DNA from: Raillietiella orientalis
Lineage: Eukaryota
Direction of reading: 5' to 3'
Length of the DNA: 64,000 bases
NCBI GenBank assembly: GCA_036172245.1
Contig: JAYWIR010000020.1
Span: 2,542,001-2,606,000, forward strand
Positions within the stretch are counted from its first letter, which is position 1, and every line of letters begins with the position of its first letter. The position numbers were made by a program, and so were the translations under genes. The notes beneath the pieces were generated by a model, which saw only the letters and a list, made by a program, of their open reading frames with translations, was not told the DNA's origin and made no database searches. This document shows, piece after piece, positions 13,100 to 27,369 of the stretch.

Positions 13100-14520
13100 G
13101 CTCGAAAAGACCTATTCAGAATGCTATTCAGAATGCAGATTCCTTCCTGCTTTTCCTGTTTCTCATGGAGACATTCCAACAGCCTACAATTCTTACGTCA
13201 TCCGATTCCAAAGGTGCTCTCCACAAAAGATCAAAAACATTCTAATTCTAGGATCAAAACACCGAGCAGGGAAGCTGTTACCGAGCGATGTCGTCAACTC
13301 TGAATACGTCTCTGGAATGCTGCTGATATTTTCCAGCATAGTTTTTTTTCTTTCTTTGTTCTGCCTTAAGGGAAAGAATTCGAAGCTTTTGGGGAGCAAC
13401 TTTCTGTTCGTCTCGCAGGGTTAGCTACTGAATTCTGGTTCGTCTCTAAGATCGCATGTTTCAGAATGTGTAGGGTTATTTGCTCCCAGTTCCCACCACT
13501 TTCAGCTGCGTTGCGACCGTGAAAGGAAACAACAAAAGGCAACGCATCGGGTTTGTTTTCATGTTTCTCTTCAGTTGCGATAAAAGGTCAGCTAAAGTTC
13601 AAGGACTGATTTGGTAATAGTGGCCATTATGGTGATGTGCAGGGTCATAGCTGAGTTTCCAATAATCAGCAAACTCGAGCAAAAGGCACAGGGCAGGTAC
13701 AGTGATTTAAAGACTAAAAGTGACCTCAGGCAAGCAGATTTTTGTCCGAATCCTTGATCGGATGGCAGGATGTGAACGAAAGCACGCAAAGACTTGAAGA
13801 GCTAAAAGAAAAGACACTAGCACTAAGCTCGACTTCATAGTGGCATGTCCTCCTCGGTCCTGCTTCAGCGCTCATGAGGACTGAATTAGAGTTGGGAATA
13901 GGCCCCTGACCTTTTCCAGCTTTCATTTAATTGCGCATTCATTCTCTGACTCTCCAGTATTTGGTGTGATCGTCTGATTTTGGTACGTATCCTATCTACT
14001 CTAGAGATCTACATCCCTTGTTTCTCAAGAAATCAAGCCAAAAAAAAATCTTTGCCTTTCTCTAGGGGAAGTCTTCTATACTCTATTAAAGAAATGATCG
14101 TGAATGATTCTTTTCTTGTCTCGGATAGTCACTAGAACATCCGTATTCAAAGTGGTTTCTTTCTTGAGAAAATCTTCCACTGCCGCGCCTTTGTTCAGGA
14201 TTACAGTTCATGTTCGGGTCGGTCCTCATCCGACAAATACCAGCGTCTCACAACGCTTTGGATGCAGACTTATGTAGGCCTCAGCCACGGATTACACAGA
14301 GGCTTCTTATTGAAATCGAAAGTGTCACTCTTGTTATTCCCTAGCGTCCCATTCAAGTGTTTGAAAAATTCCTTGCCAGAATACGTGAAACCTCATAGCA
14401 TTGGAACTTTTCCCTCGTGAAAGATAACTCATCGTTCTATCTTACGGCTCTTAGGGAGGCAGATTTACTGGCCCACATTCCTATTGCTAACAAGAGTCTT
14501 TGAGAATTTTGTTCTTCTCC
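13100..14520 (-). pseudogene. NACHT/NLR-like pseudogene
   Basis: Ordered motifs across stops: degenerate Walker A (RLLLAIGMWASKS), AVEDFLKKETTLNTDVLVTIR (sensor-1 VLVTSR), KSFEFFPLRQ (cf. YEFxHLxxQEF), MFLIFCG (cf. LxFLCGL), LLECLHE. Confidence 0.5.
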
Positions 14521-17449
14521 TGCGAAAGGGACAATTTCCAAAATTAGTGAATGACCTCTATACTGGTTTTCACCCGATCCCAATATGGCAAAGTCCCCCC
14601 TGCGAGCTCACTTGGACCATTGGGCACTTCATCCGGTGCGTTTGCTCCCTATTTTCGCGTGCGGATCGAAAACTTTAAAAAACAGATAAACTACCATCGA
14701 AAACTTGAAAAAAAAAAAAAAAAGACCGGTTCTATCCGACGAATGATTTGTTTTAATAAAGTCGTCTCGAGCTTTTTTTTTTTTTTTTTATGCACCTCTT
14801 AAAACCTCGAAGCCGATTCCAGTGGTGCTTTCATTGATGCAAATAGAAGCTCTCCTTACATGGTTTAACCTGATCGACCGGTAAACTGGGAAATAACTGC
14901 GAGCAAGGTTTTATGAGTGTCGCTCCTTAGAACTGCCAAGCAGTTTGTGTGTATCACCATCCTCCTCTTCGGTTGAGATCGAAGCTGGAGGGTGAAATGA
15001 TGAGTGGTGTACGTAGGAGTGAATAATTGCACACTGCATACTGCAAACATTATGTTTCATGAGTCGGAAACTATTGGAGAGGTAGCTGATGAATTTTAAA
15101 AGATAAATACACGAGTCTCTGTTATTTATTTCGGACGTTTGCTGCGGGATCTCGTTGAAATTTCATAAATTATGAATTTTGTTTCGAGGAGCAATGAATC
15201 AGACAAAGACTTATTCCAATTCAGTAATGTGTTTACGCGACTTTGGATTTTTGAATTTTGCTATATAAAGAAATGACGTGGCACTGTTAGAATCTTTCTG
15301 GAGAGACAGACGTACGGCAGTTTCCTTTAATATCGTGGTCCTTATCGGGTTTTACCAAAAAAATTTCGTTCCAGGGAACCTAAAACGCATTCTGTGATGC
15401 TATTCGTAATTTGACATGTTTCCTAGGTCTACTACCTTTAAACGAGGTAGGTATTCCTCTAGACCATGGAAATGGAATCCATGTATCATTCATTGAAGAA
15501 GCTTGAAATTGCCTGCAGTGCCTGGAGTTTCAACCAAATCGCTCCCGCATTTTGGATTCTCATGTAGATAGCAAAGGAAGCTGGAGACTGGAGCATCTAG
15601 TAGATTTCCTTTTCGAAATGCAGTTCGCAAAGCTTCTTTCACCCACAGATGGCTTGATGTGCTTGCAATAAGTCTTACTTCTTCTGTAGCCCTGATGAAA
15701 CATTTACTTCAGAAACATTTACTTTCTTCTTTTCCTGCGCAGGGAATTTTCAAATGTATTCCAAAATCTCGAAAATTCGGGATTCCTTCACGTCGCTTTC
15801 CTTCTGTTATTTTTCAACAGCTCAGCATCACGGACATTATGCACAAAAAGCCAACCATCAAAGATATCTTTGATGTTAAGACAAGTGTTGATGATAGCAG
15901 TTGTATGGATGTACTTTTCTGCCTGAGAAACTGACAAGGCATGCAAACTAAGGTTTTAGCCAACCCTCAGCAATAAAATTCGTGCTGCTGAGGTGATACT
16001 AAAGCGGACGGGAAACTAGACGAAGCATTCCCAGAGATTCTCTAAAACTGACAAAGGATGGAGTTAGAAATGGCCCACTCGAAACACCGGGGAAAAAAGC
16101 AAAGCTGGCTTCTAAAAATAATGGTGCAAAAAGGTGTCTCGAAAACCATCCTCAGACCAATGCTTCAAGAGATATTTCGGAGAATAGGGGGCAGAGAACT
16201 GAGCAAACTTCGCGACCAAGTGTTAACAAATCTCCAGGTTTTTAAGATCCGACTGTGTTTCGTGAGAATGAAGACAGATTGTTTGGTCGAGCAGATAAGA
16301 ACCATAAAAGCATGGAAGAGTCGAAGGTCTGAGAGACCTATGATATTGCCTGCCTTGAAGGTAGACTGACAGCTGATCGAAAAGTTCGCACTATTTCACA
16401 ATCTAATGATTGATTTCGTATTTCATCCCACTTTCGAAAAGCTTAGGGATGGATAAGACCATCGTGTTCAGCTGGAAAAACACGAAGATCAACAAGTAGG
16501 GTCGTACTGTAGATTTCAAACGTGCTTGCTGCCAGCACGGACTTTCAACCACAGAATCATGCTTTCTCCGGTATCTCCGTCAGGCCAATGCGTTGACCAA
16601 TTTCTTGATCCAAACTTTTCGACCTTTCAATTTCTTTCGTGATGCTCTTTGTGTTGTTTGCTCCGGTGCCTCCTGAGTGCCAATAAGTAAAAAGCCATCC
16701 TGAGAGACCCCATCATATTCATCTGGGGCTGCAGAAATATCGATAGGTTTCGATGTATCATGAAGCTGAGGGAAGCAATCTGCGTGGTATGCTGGGAATT
16801 TTCGTAAATCATGCCAGCTTGTCTTCTCGATGACAAAAGCGTGCACATATTGGTGCACAAGTGGTAGCACGAATTAATTAACCGATGTAGGGTTGAAGAA
16901 GAAGAAAAAAATGCTGAAACATCGAAGATTGGATCGTTTAAAATTGAATAAAACGGAAGAACTGTGGAAAAACTCGACATAAAAGTACTGGCAATGGGGA
17001 AATAAATCAACATTGATAATTTGCACGGACCTGAAATGGACACAAAGAGGAATGAGAAGGAGCTCAAAGAGTTTCGTGTTCTTAGCTGGAAAAAAGAAAA
17101 CAAATGCTCCTGAGCGGGAAAAGCCCTTTCAGCCCTTCCAGAAGCTTTAATGAGCAAACAGTTTCCAATTTGCATCTGTAACTAAAGGTGGTGAAGCGCT
17201 CTGGATTGAATTTCCTTTGTGTGGACTGCAATACTCAAAGCGAAAGTGACCCTCTGTCCAATATCTTCTCACGAGCATTTTAACTAAAACATGAATCCCA
17301 GCTGCCCGCTTTCGGTCCCTAGGCGAGCATTTATCTGAGACAAAAAGTGTTTCTTAAGACCTGAAAGTAAAACATGCCATGATGAAGCGATACACTAAAG
17401 AAATGCTAAGACATCAATCGCAATGATTGATGGATTCCTTCATGGGAAT

Positions 17450-18100
17450 TCCAGATCCCCCTCTTCCATTGAAGTCCGTTAGCCATCCGCTTCATCTGAT
17501 AGAATCCGTTACCGTTTTTGTCACAGATCATTTGTTGCGGGCCGTTTCTTAATTCGTGCTCCATGCTCTGGAGCACAACGAGGCATCGGGTGCAAACCGT
17601 GTCGTGGACATCGTTTTCATCGACGGGGAACCTCTGCAATGATTTCGCTTGGCAAGCTTAATCATCCGGTTTTCTTCATGACACATCAAATTCATAAACG
17701 TTGCACTGCTGTGTCCCATGCTGTGTGGCTGAAACCAAAACTGCCATCGAGTTGTTGAAGTGTGCAATTTGTTTTCCAGGTAGGCTGTTCCGGATTGCAT
17801 CAGCATCAGTTCTGTGCTGACCGGAGCACGCGACAGTTTGAAAGGATAGCGCATGAAAAGCGTTCTCCTGTCCTGTCTGCTCTCGCTTTCCCATGTTCGC
17901 TTTTCTGCGCCATTTCGGGATGGGGAGCGCGATCTCTGAAGCGATCCCTGATCCAGTTTGCAGCCCAATCCAGTAATCTTCAGCCCGAGATTCTCGAGGT
18001 GCGCGATGAACCTATGCAGTAGACCGCCCCAGGCGAAATCTTCGTCAGTCTGATACCCGCAGCATCAAGGAAAGTGCGCTAAAAGGAAGTCGAGTCGCCG
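17450..18100 (-). mobile_element. Decayed Ty3/Gypsy RT-RNase H fragment
   Basis: DAAGIRL, then LENLGLKITGLGCKLD (cf. VEYLGHxISxxGIxPD), then QIAHFNNSMAVLVSATQHG (cf. VLAHFDxxxPVVLxxDASxHG). Confidence 0.35.
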
Positions 18101-19114
18101 CCGAGCTTGGACACTTGCAAAGATTGGCATCTTTCGATTGCAAGCTGAAGATTTTTGCTCAGTCCGCTTCCACATGCTAAAGGTCGCCCACCACCGCTAC
18201 GCTGTCTGCGTTGCTCCTGCTGTCATTTCGTCCCTAGAAGGTTTTTGCAGGGATCGCATCCATCCGTGCTTTCTGGGTTCCTCGCAGAGTCGTGCAGGAC
18301 CCTGAGAGAAAATTAAGCATCGGAAGCTGGATGCAGACTTGAACAAACAAACGAAGAAACGTTTTCCCCAAACCAACGCAAAAGCAGAATTCATTTACAC
18401 ACGTCCAAGAGGATAGCCGTTAATGGTGGAAGTGGTAAGAATGCGTGCTGAAAATACCATGTATTCCCGTCACGTGTACAACTTTGTGATGTCTCCAGAG
18501 ATCCATTGCAGCTTGTCTCGAGTTTCCGGTAGATGAACACATCTACATCGGATTTTGCGCTTAGCATAGAAAGCGACCAACTTGTTATGCTTTTTTTTTT
18601 TTTTACTAACAAGTGTACACCAGACAAGTGTACTGTTGGAAATAGCCATGAAAAAATTTTTTCAGAATTTCCTAATCATTTATTCATTTTTTACCTTTAT
18701 AGCGTTCGCCCGAAAAATAAAAATTGCATAATCAGATAAAACTCTAGCACGGAATGCAATAAAGCCATAAAACACGTGCATCCCATTCTTTGCAGCATCT
18801 GCATTCCCTTATTAACGGCAATAAATCATGTTTGGGGACACTGTCTGAGGTGCACAAGGAAGGTTGAATGCGTACTGGCAGCTCGATGTGAAGTGTAAAT
18901 AAAAAAATAAGTAAATCAGTTACTTTCACCTGATTGCTTTTGGAAGTTGAGAAACCGCTGTAAAATTTTAATAGACGGCGTTCACCACACCTGTCTCCGC
19001 CGCCTTTGCAGCTAAGCTTACCGCTACTTTGAAATCGTCTTTCATATTTAAAATTCTAGGATCCATTCCTTGAAATTTTAAAGAATAGATTTTAAAACAT
19101 TCCGAAAAACCGAA

Positions 19115-19141
19115 ATATATATATATATATATATATATATT
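19115..19141. repeat. (AT)n microsatellite
   Basis: Directly visible. Confidence 0.9.
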
Positions 19142-22100
19142 GCGATGCTTCCCACCTATTGTTTTTGGCAATCACATTTCATTCGGATCAGACATTCATG
19201 GTATCACCTTAGGCTGAGCCATCTAAAATACATATCCTCTATGGATACGGATGTCATCTTGATACATGGAAAGCCGAGATCTTTGAGGAAAAAAACTCTG
19301 CCAAGATTTGTGGGAAGCAACCGACTGAGGTGCGCCTCACGGAATTGCAGGCACTGGAACTTCATTTGGAAACTTCTCTTCGTCATCTGAGAGTTTCCGG
19401 TCTTCTGCACCCACCTCACGTTGAAGCTCATGTGTGCACTCGGTTCGTGTTTGCTGATGCTCTGTGTTTAGTCTCCGAGACTTAGTGGATTCGATTTTCC
19501 CATCCAAACTACGAATTCACATGCACTTCGCCCACTGCATGAACTTCTGGGATCCCTGTTTTCAGGAATTCTGTCCTGAATTTCTTCCTTGTTTATTTTC
19601 CTGAATCATCCATCAAACACACGCACACAAGGCGGTGCCTTCCGGTACTTCTAGTGTTCTCCATCCTTCTTCCACCTTTTTGCATCGACGGTCCGACCAC
19701 TGGAAGAGATTGGATAAAAACATTATTTTCACGTCTTTGCAAGTTCTAGCTCCATCCCTTCAGCATCATGAGGACCTTCTTACTTTAGAAACCTACATGC
19801 CTTCTACACCTTTACCATGGATGTGCACAGTGCTGTAGACGAATGCGCTTAAATTTATTTTGTTATTACATTATATTATTTTACTAATTCATTATACCTT
19901 TACGAGATTATGCTTTACTGAAAGAATAGGGAAATCTCTTCTCTGGAAATCACGCAAGTGTTTATTTTATGTTTTTTTTTTTTTTCCTGTTCGCTCTGTG
20001 TTATAATATTTTGCGTTGTAAATTCCTTTTCTAAAAAAAGGAAGACTGAAAAAGAGATAGAAGGAACTGAACTGAGACAAGAAGGGCCTCAGCGAATGAG
20101 GATTTTTTCATGGAGTCCATGGGAACCCTCAGCACAGTCTTATGGCTCCTTTAAATACGATTTTGAAGTTTCAGAGGTGGTCCTTTTGTGCTTTGGCGTT
20201 GATATCACCACGCCGAAAGCAAAAAAATAAAAACCTTTGCCACACAGATTCAAGTTCGGAGTTGCTTTTGTATAAACGTGTTGCCTTTTTACTTTCTACT
20301 TTAAATTACATCGAAAGAGATCCAAGATTTAACGCTAATCAAACTCAAAAAGATGAATAGCACATAAATTAAAAGGCTAAGGAGGAAAAAAAAAAAAAAA
20401 AAATCGAAATTCCCACATCCTTATGTCCATTCTGCATTCTTCCCTTTAAACTTTTAAACTTTCCTTTTTATTAAGCAAATTTCGTCACGTGTCCTTAATT
20501 ATCACTCATTCCCAATCCCCTACACGTGTTCGTGCTCATAAAATCGCCTTAGTGTTTGCCACTCCTTCAAATGGCAGAAAAACAAGCAAACGCCCGTACG
20601 CAACAAATTCGATTTCTGCGAAAGAAATTGTATAAAGTTCGTACACAGTCGCTGGACCGTGTTGGCTTCGCACACGTCCGAATTTCGGAACACTATCGAA
20701 CAGTTTGATAAAAAAAAAAAAAAAAAAAAATAGAAAGCATTAGCCGATGCGCGTGATGTGGGTAACTAAATCAGGCGTTGCATTCGGGTCTGAAATGGAA
20801 AATCAGACAGAAGAAGAATGACGTGTGTTTCGATGAGATGCAGGACGGCTGAAAACCACCACCGAGTCCAGCTTGACCCGCCGGTAGGTGGGATCCGAAC
20901 CATAGGTTCCTCCTAGCTGCCATATTCCCTTCTTGATTGAACACGTCCCTCCAGAATTAGGTTGGCAGAACCACTCTACCCTCCTACTTCATTTAGCAGA
21001 TGCCTCTTGCACGGATTCAGAAACTGAACTCCATAAAACGTACTTGTGTTGCGAACTGCACAGAACTCAAGCACCGAAGTAAATGGTCACCTACGGCGTT
21101 TTCGCTATTAGTTGCTGTTCTGGAGTCACTTAAAATTCTTCACTCATGGCACATGAATGACGCCTCCTAGTGACCTTTTGGTGGACACCACAGATATTCA
21201 GTCCTCATGATAATGGAAATCCTTCACAATATGCTAAAGACTGGTTACCCTATCAAATAGACATTTGACCTCAAACAAACTTCCTCCCTTTCTTGATGAA
21301 AACTAAAAAAGGGGAGAAGAAAATTCTTGTTCGAAAAATAAAATAAAAGAAATCAGAAGGGCCGACTGAAGGCAATGCACTGTTTGCCCATCAGCAGGCG
21401 GTTTTGCTTAACATTTGCAGCTATCGTGGTCCTTCAGTTTCTCAGCAACCAAAATATTTACCAGGAGGCGAAAACGCTCTGCATGTGCACTAGCTGCCAA
21501 GTGAGCCACTCGTGTACCATTTAGTCAAGCCTGCTTTTGTACGATTTCAGGAGACCGAGATCTGTGAAAATTGCTCGCAACTTCACCTGAGAAGTCGGTC
21601 TTTAAAGACAGCAGCAAGAATGAAGCAGGAGGAATGAAGTCGAAGCAAAATTGACGGGCTGAAGAGCAGACACGAGGCTCCCTCTAGCTAAGCTGTCCAT
21701 GAGGGTGCGAAATGCTCGGCTCAGTCTAGAATTTTTATCAGAGCTTACATCATCCACCTACCCCTGAGGAGGATTTTAGTTTTTTTTTTTTGAATCCCCT
21801 TCTCTCATTGCAAAGGAAGCTGGTCAATGCAAGAATCGAAATGCCCCTAGCATTGTACGGAAAGCAGGAACTGGAACAAAAGTCCCTTTTCCTTCTCTGT
21901 AACATCTGGTGTTCAGTGTGCACTGAAACTTGGCAGCCTTACTCCTCGATGCGAAGTGAGCCTGGAAAATTTTGTCCATGAAGCTGGATGCGAACGCTCC
22001 TGCAAGTAGCTTCGGTGGAAAACAAGGGGTACGGATGTTGCTCTTAGATTACAACACAAGAGGAAAGAAGTGCATTCGAAAGATGGGATAGGATGGGTTG

Positions 22101-22766
22101 GTTCACTGGAAATGAAGAGAAGAAATGGTTTTGGGTGATGAGCAAGCGTTCTTGCAAAAAGTTTTCAAGACGCTGCCGAAATTCACCCTGGTCAAAGAAC
22201 GGAAACACCCGGGTGTTCAACATCCTTGCTTCGCATTTAGCTTATTTATTTTCATGTCTGATTTTGCCGACGTTCTTGTCATGCCATCTGAACGTTTTTC
22301 CCGTGTCGTCCTCAAGAGCCGGTCACCCATGAGGCTAATGAGCCGGATTAGCTGTTTCCGAGCAAGCAGGCCTATTTAGGGCAGATTCGTACGGCGAAGA
22401 GGCGAAAGAACGGTGGCAGCCTTCGTATAGCGCGGGAAATCATCGGCCCCATGCGACGACGACGCTGCGAATTGTAATTTCCCGGTGCACCGCAGGGTCA
22501 GCTGCCAAGAACACACGATAAAACAGTGCAAGAAGGTGCATCTTTCAAGAACGAGAATCAGGATTTGAAACCATGGAGCTGTTTAAATTGATCGAATATC
22601 AAGAAAACCTTCAAGTCTTTCCTTAGCCTCAAGTTAAATGATAAATAGGCACTCTTCATTATTCATTTTGCTTTGAGCAAAGCAGTAAATACCATGATGT
22701 CGTGACGCTTGAGGTGAATTACACATCTTTTATAAATGCTATCATATTATCCATGCGTAACCCATT

Positions 22767-23014
22767 GGTCTCTTATAACGCGGAACGTATTCCCCGCTTT
22801 CCACGAGAGCGTACTGTACTGTTTATACTCTGTTCCCTACAATACTGCATATTATCTTCCCTTCTTTTTGTTTTGAGTACAACCTTCATTGTAAATCATT
22901 TTGCAATCTTCCTTTGATGAAGCACTCACCGATATCTTTTGGTGGCAGTCGAACCAACACATGATGATGATAATAATGATAAGGGCATTCATCGCAGCAG
23001 TCTTTGCACCTGCA
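22767..23014. repeat. Left arm of ~250-bp inverted repeat (partner 23703-23951)
   Basis: Reverse-complement match, e.g. GCATTCATCGCAGCAGTCTTTGC vs GCAAAGACTGCTGCGATGAATGC, and TGCATATTATCTTCCCTTCTTTTTGTTTTGAGT vs ACTCAAAACAAAAAGAAGGGAAGATAATATGCA. Confidence 0.92.
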
Positions 23015-23702
23015 GTCAGGAGAGCAGAGGACGATGGAAACAAAGTTCCACGATGCAAAAAACGGTGATTTCACAGAATTTGTGGGCGCCCAACTGGTGG
23101 ATGAGGTAGGCACGTTGTCATGGCGAGTCTTGAGCTGAATTCAGGGGGTAACAACCGTTTTCGCGGCGCACGTAAGAAGTTCAACAAGGATTCTACGGAG
23201 AACTCACTTTCCTCATTCATCTTGGATGAGTACGGTTAAAAATATCTTTTCAAAAGCTTTCGCTTTCATCTGAATTGGCAGGGGAAAAACGCCTGTGCCT
23301 TTGTCAGCTCCTTGGGGTTCGAAAATTCTCAGAGCGTCAACGTGAGACCGCAGTGTCTTGGAATGCCAGGAGAAGCCCTTCGGCCCCCTGCAGCTCATGT
23401 GAAGAAGAAGAACACGAAGGAAATCCTCCTCCTCCATAAAAAGGCAGGATTCTTTATCAAGGAATGCCATTTTTACAACATTGCAATGCTTTCCATTTGC
23501 ATCCTTATTCTGCCGACCCTAATTTGCATAAGTGTCAAAGGGAAGCTGGTGTACACGCAAGCGGTTCCACTTCCTTTCGTCGCATACCAGAAAAAAATAC
23601 ATTCAGAAGATCGGAATCCTGGAATCCTCCATGCCTTGGACCCTTTCGGGCTGCTTTCCGACTTCTCAGGAAAATTAAAGGGTAAGCTGGAATTCCTCTT
23701 CT

Positions 23703-23951
23703 TGTAGGCGCAAAGACTGCTGCGATGAATGCTCTTATCATTATTATTATCATCATGTGTTGGTTCAGCTATCACCAAAAGATATCGGTGGGTGCTTCAT
23801 CAAACTGCAAAATGATTTAGAGGGAAGATTGCACTCAAAACAAAAAGAAGGGAAGATAATATGCAGCATTGTAGGGAACAGGTATAAACAGTACAGTACT
23901 CTCTACTGGAACGCGGGGAGTTCCTCACCGTACGTGGCTGTAAAAGAAACC
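23703..23951. repeat. Right arm of ~250-bp inverted repeat (partner 22767-23014)
   Basis: See left arm. The ORF track also shows the paired peptides ILSSLLFVLS at 22702+ and 23800-. Confidence 0.92.
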
Positions 23952-24299
23952 TCAGCCATATTTCGTTTCGAGTAGTGGAAAGCAAAGCTGATTTTCCATT
24001 TTTTTTTCTTTTTTTACAAAAAAGAAAAAAAGTTTTTTTTTAAAAAAAAAACTTTTTTTCTTTGTTCTTTCCGTATTTTATTTCCCTCCGGGAGTGCTCC
24101 CTGATCCAAGGGGCGGGGTGAGCAGCAATCCGCATGTTGTAATTCGTTAACAAACTCAAACTCTTTCACTTGAAATGTGCAATTACTATTTCAGAGGGCA
24201 CTCGTTTCCTCTTATCTTCGGAATGGGATCTGTTTCCTTGGAGTTACAGTACATTGATGCAAACTCTGATGGAAAGTAAAGTTCGATTGGCATCTCCTC

Positions 24300-24760
24300 T
24301 TGAGTCAGGTAACCTTGGGAACCATGGGAGAAAAACTTCCAATTCCCAGCGTCCGGTGAAATTGCGTGTGCTTTCGAAGGCGGATGATTTATGTGAACGT
24401 GTGTTCCTCTGGGACACTTTACTCCACCTGAGGTGTTTCGTGAAAAGGCCGGTACTGAAAGCAGTGATGCTGGATGGTTATCAGCCCGATGATTGCGTGC
24501 GAACGCTGATACAGCTGATGTTCTTAAGCTGATCATCACCACTTTATTCCTCCCCCTCCGTCTCCACCTACTTGAGGAATTTCCGAAACCGATCACTAAG
24601 ATGGAACACAAATTGCTGTTAGTCAACAGCAACCTCGTCATCCATCTTCGTGTTCGATAGCGTGGCTTTACACCCAGATAAAGGAGAGCACTTCGGGCTG
24701 TCTTTAGAGGCCTTCTGCACCGCTTCCGAAAGTCACTCTGGAGAGAGCGTTACAAAGTGC
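24300..24760 (-). pseudogene. Possible decayed Ser/Thr kinase fragment
   Basis: ARSALLYL...RLLLTNSNLCSILVIGFG roughly follows LxYLH...NILL...IKIxDFG, but the catalytic HRD is not preserved. Confidence 0.2.
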
Positions 24761-25559
24761 CTCAGGGAAGCTGACTGATGAAGTCTACGGAATTCTTACT
24801 GACTGTGCGCACGTCGCTTGCTGTACAGGCAACGGCGCGTCCAGTGACCAGGGAAAGACTTTGGTTCCTCCTGGCAACGCCTCCCGATTTCGCTCTTCGG
24901 GTTTTCCAGTTTTTCCAGGTGCGCTCCGACGCTGGAAACCGGGAGAAGGAATGCGATCCCTTTCACAACGAAATTGGTTCCTTTTCAATAAAAATCGATT
25001 GCAGAAATCAAAATTACATCGGATAATCACGAGGAATTAAAGCCATAAAAGCGGGTGGTTTGGGGAGAGAAGTCCGTAGGTAATTTCGAATTCGTTGGGG
25101 CCTTTAATTCCATTACAGGCAACGAACCAGAGGAATGAAAAAAATGGGAAATTTTTTTCTTCTTCTTCTTTTGGCTCCCGTAAGCAAAGCGTTGTTGTAG
25201 AATTAAGAAAGGTTGTACAGAAGAGGGAGAATTTCGTAATTTTTATGATCTGATGCAGCTGGGTTCGGCGTCGTAGGAGCTGCAGAAATGTGACAGAAGT
25301 TTATTTTTAGTTTATTGAAAGTTTCTTACTTTCGTCTATCGGTGTGTTTTCCCTCTTTTTCTTTTTCTTTTTTTTTTTCCCCGGAAATCTGACCGAATTC
25401 TTTAGAGCTCAGTAGTTTGCACTGGCTGAGACTGCCGTCTCGACGCCAGAACCAAACGGCCATCGCCGACGGAGCTGCAGTGACGGTTCGGATTTTCGAG
25501 TCGGCAAGATTTCTCTTTTAATTAGGGAACCCAAAACTCAGCTTGCACGGATTCAGTTT

Positions 25560-26259
25560 GCATTGCTTCCCTTATATGGGCACATGCGTCCGTCTTTTCC
25601 CGCGTCTCGAAATGAAATGGAGAAAGGTACCACCATTATGCAAACCGCTAATTCTAAACGACTGTGGTAGAATGAGGAACGAAGGGGACGGTTGCCGTAC
25701 TTCTTGTACCAAGTCGGGCTCTCCATTACCAGACCCAAGCCGTAATTTCCGTTAATGAGTGAAAGTTTAAAAAAATCTGCATTGGAAATCCGAAAGTTCC
25801 CTTAGCCCGTGAATTGATCCTCCAGCCCTGATTGATAATTCGATCTATCTGTTGGTCTTTTCTGCCCGTTTGTTCAGTGGACGTTTCACAACGTACCTCG
25901 CCTCCGAAAGTCCGGTTGAATAGCTGGGCGTTGGCTCTCCGTGCCGACAACCGGAACGTGGCGCGACAGTGCATTCTGCTTGATTGCTTCGCTGCTATGA
26001 CGACGATCCCTGCTCTCTTTGAGAGCAAACGCTCTTGTACAGTAGCACGACCTGTAGGCATCCCTTCCACGAGCAAAACCATCCCACGAAATTGAAATGT
26101 CAACATCATTAAGCTCGAAGTAACGCCAATTTTGGTCCCGAATTCTAGGCTGGGCTGCGACGCTCTTGCGACGTCACGAAGAACCGTAAAAGTTAATTCC
26201 GCGATCAGAGCACAATTACTGACTAATCGAGTAGTCAGGTTGAGGTGGAACCTCAGCAA
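25560..26259 (-). mobile_element. Decayed Ty3/Gypsy reverse transcriptase-RNase H fragment
   Basis: TVLRDVARA...TFQFRGM...ATVQERLL (cf. TLDLxxGY...LFQFRVMPFG...ATFQRLM), FGGEVR, then PFSISFRDAGKDG (cf. PFxxxTDASxxG). Confidence 0.45.
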
Positions 26260-27369
26260 GAAGGAACAACCTCCTTAAACCGCCAACAGGTAGTCTTCAC
26301 GCTTCTTCTATTCTCAAGAGCCATTCTGCCATTTGCCAAGCAGAAGGAAACGCTCTTGGTTCCAGAGACTACCGGCATGCCTTTCGTCGTAAGAAAACAA
26401 AAAAAAATCAGGAATGCGATTAGTGATAATCATCCGTGATTTTCCTCTCTGAGGGTTTGACGGGAGGGGGGGGGGGCGTTCATCTGGGGTGAAGGCACAC
26501 ACAGATGTAGTCTTTAATTTGCCCTTAGCCATCTGCTAGCGACTTGCCATGCACAATAAAGTGCATCCCAGGTCTTGGAAAGCTTGAGTCGAAGGAAGAA
26601 AACCTGACGCAATGTGCTAAGAAACTCTAAGAGAAATCCGTTATACGATGAGACCTCGAAGGAGCAAGTGGTTTCCACGCTTGGCTTCAAGGATCTTTAT
26701 GGCTTAAAGATTTCCTTTGTAACTGTTTGCAGATTTATGTCTTCTCCTAGTTAGCATAAAAAGTAGTCACATTTAATTTTTGATGGACATCCCCTTTTTC
26801 TAAGAACGCATGTTTTTTTTTTTTTTTTCCTTCCTACATGAAAGGATTCGGGAGCAAAAAAAAAGATACTTAAGCATCAAATTGCTATAGGTACCAGTCT
26901 TCTGAAAACCCAGAAACTTTCACACTCCGGCCTTCAGCAAAACAGGGATTTATGGATAGAAGATTTTTCCTTCCACCTGGATTTCTTTATGTAGTATCAA
27001 TTTGATTTCGGTAGTTATTGTCTAAGCTGCTCCATGTTTTCATGTAATAATTTTAGATGTTCGAAAATCAAGCACCTTCGTTCCAGTTCCAATTTTCATG
27101 TATAGAACTTTGAGCTTGTTCTTGTTTGCTTGCTTCTTCCCTCGTAGCTTACTGATTTACTCCAGTTTTTTTTCTGGAATAACTAATTCATTTTACATCA
27201 CTACTTCCTGGGAATATTCTAAAGCATTTGGTGGATGAAAAATCCGTCTAATATTTTTACTTTTCCCATGAAATCAGATTTAGTACGTGCGATAATTAAT
27301 GCCTTCATTTTTTCATTTAAGAAGAAAATTAGCACTGTATGTTTCCTTTCTGATGATCACAGGCAATGG

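Noticed and set aside
21850..22250. Additional mariner C-terminal relic
   Set aside because: Only faint DVAL-DY and terminal similarity; too weak to list as a feature.
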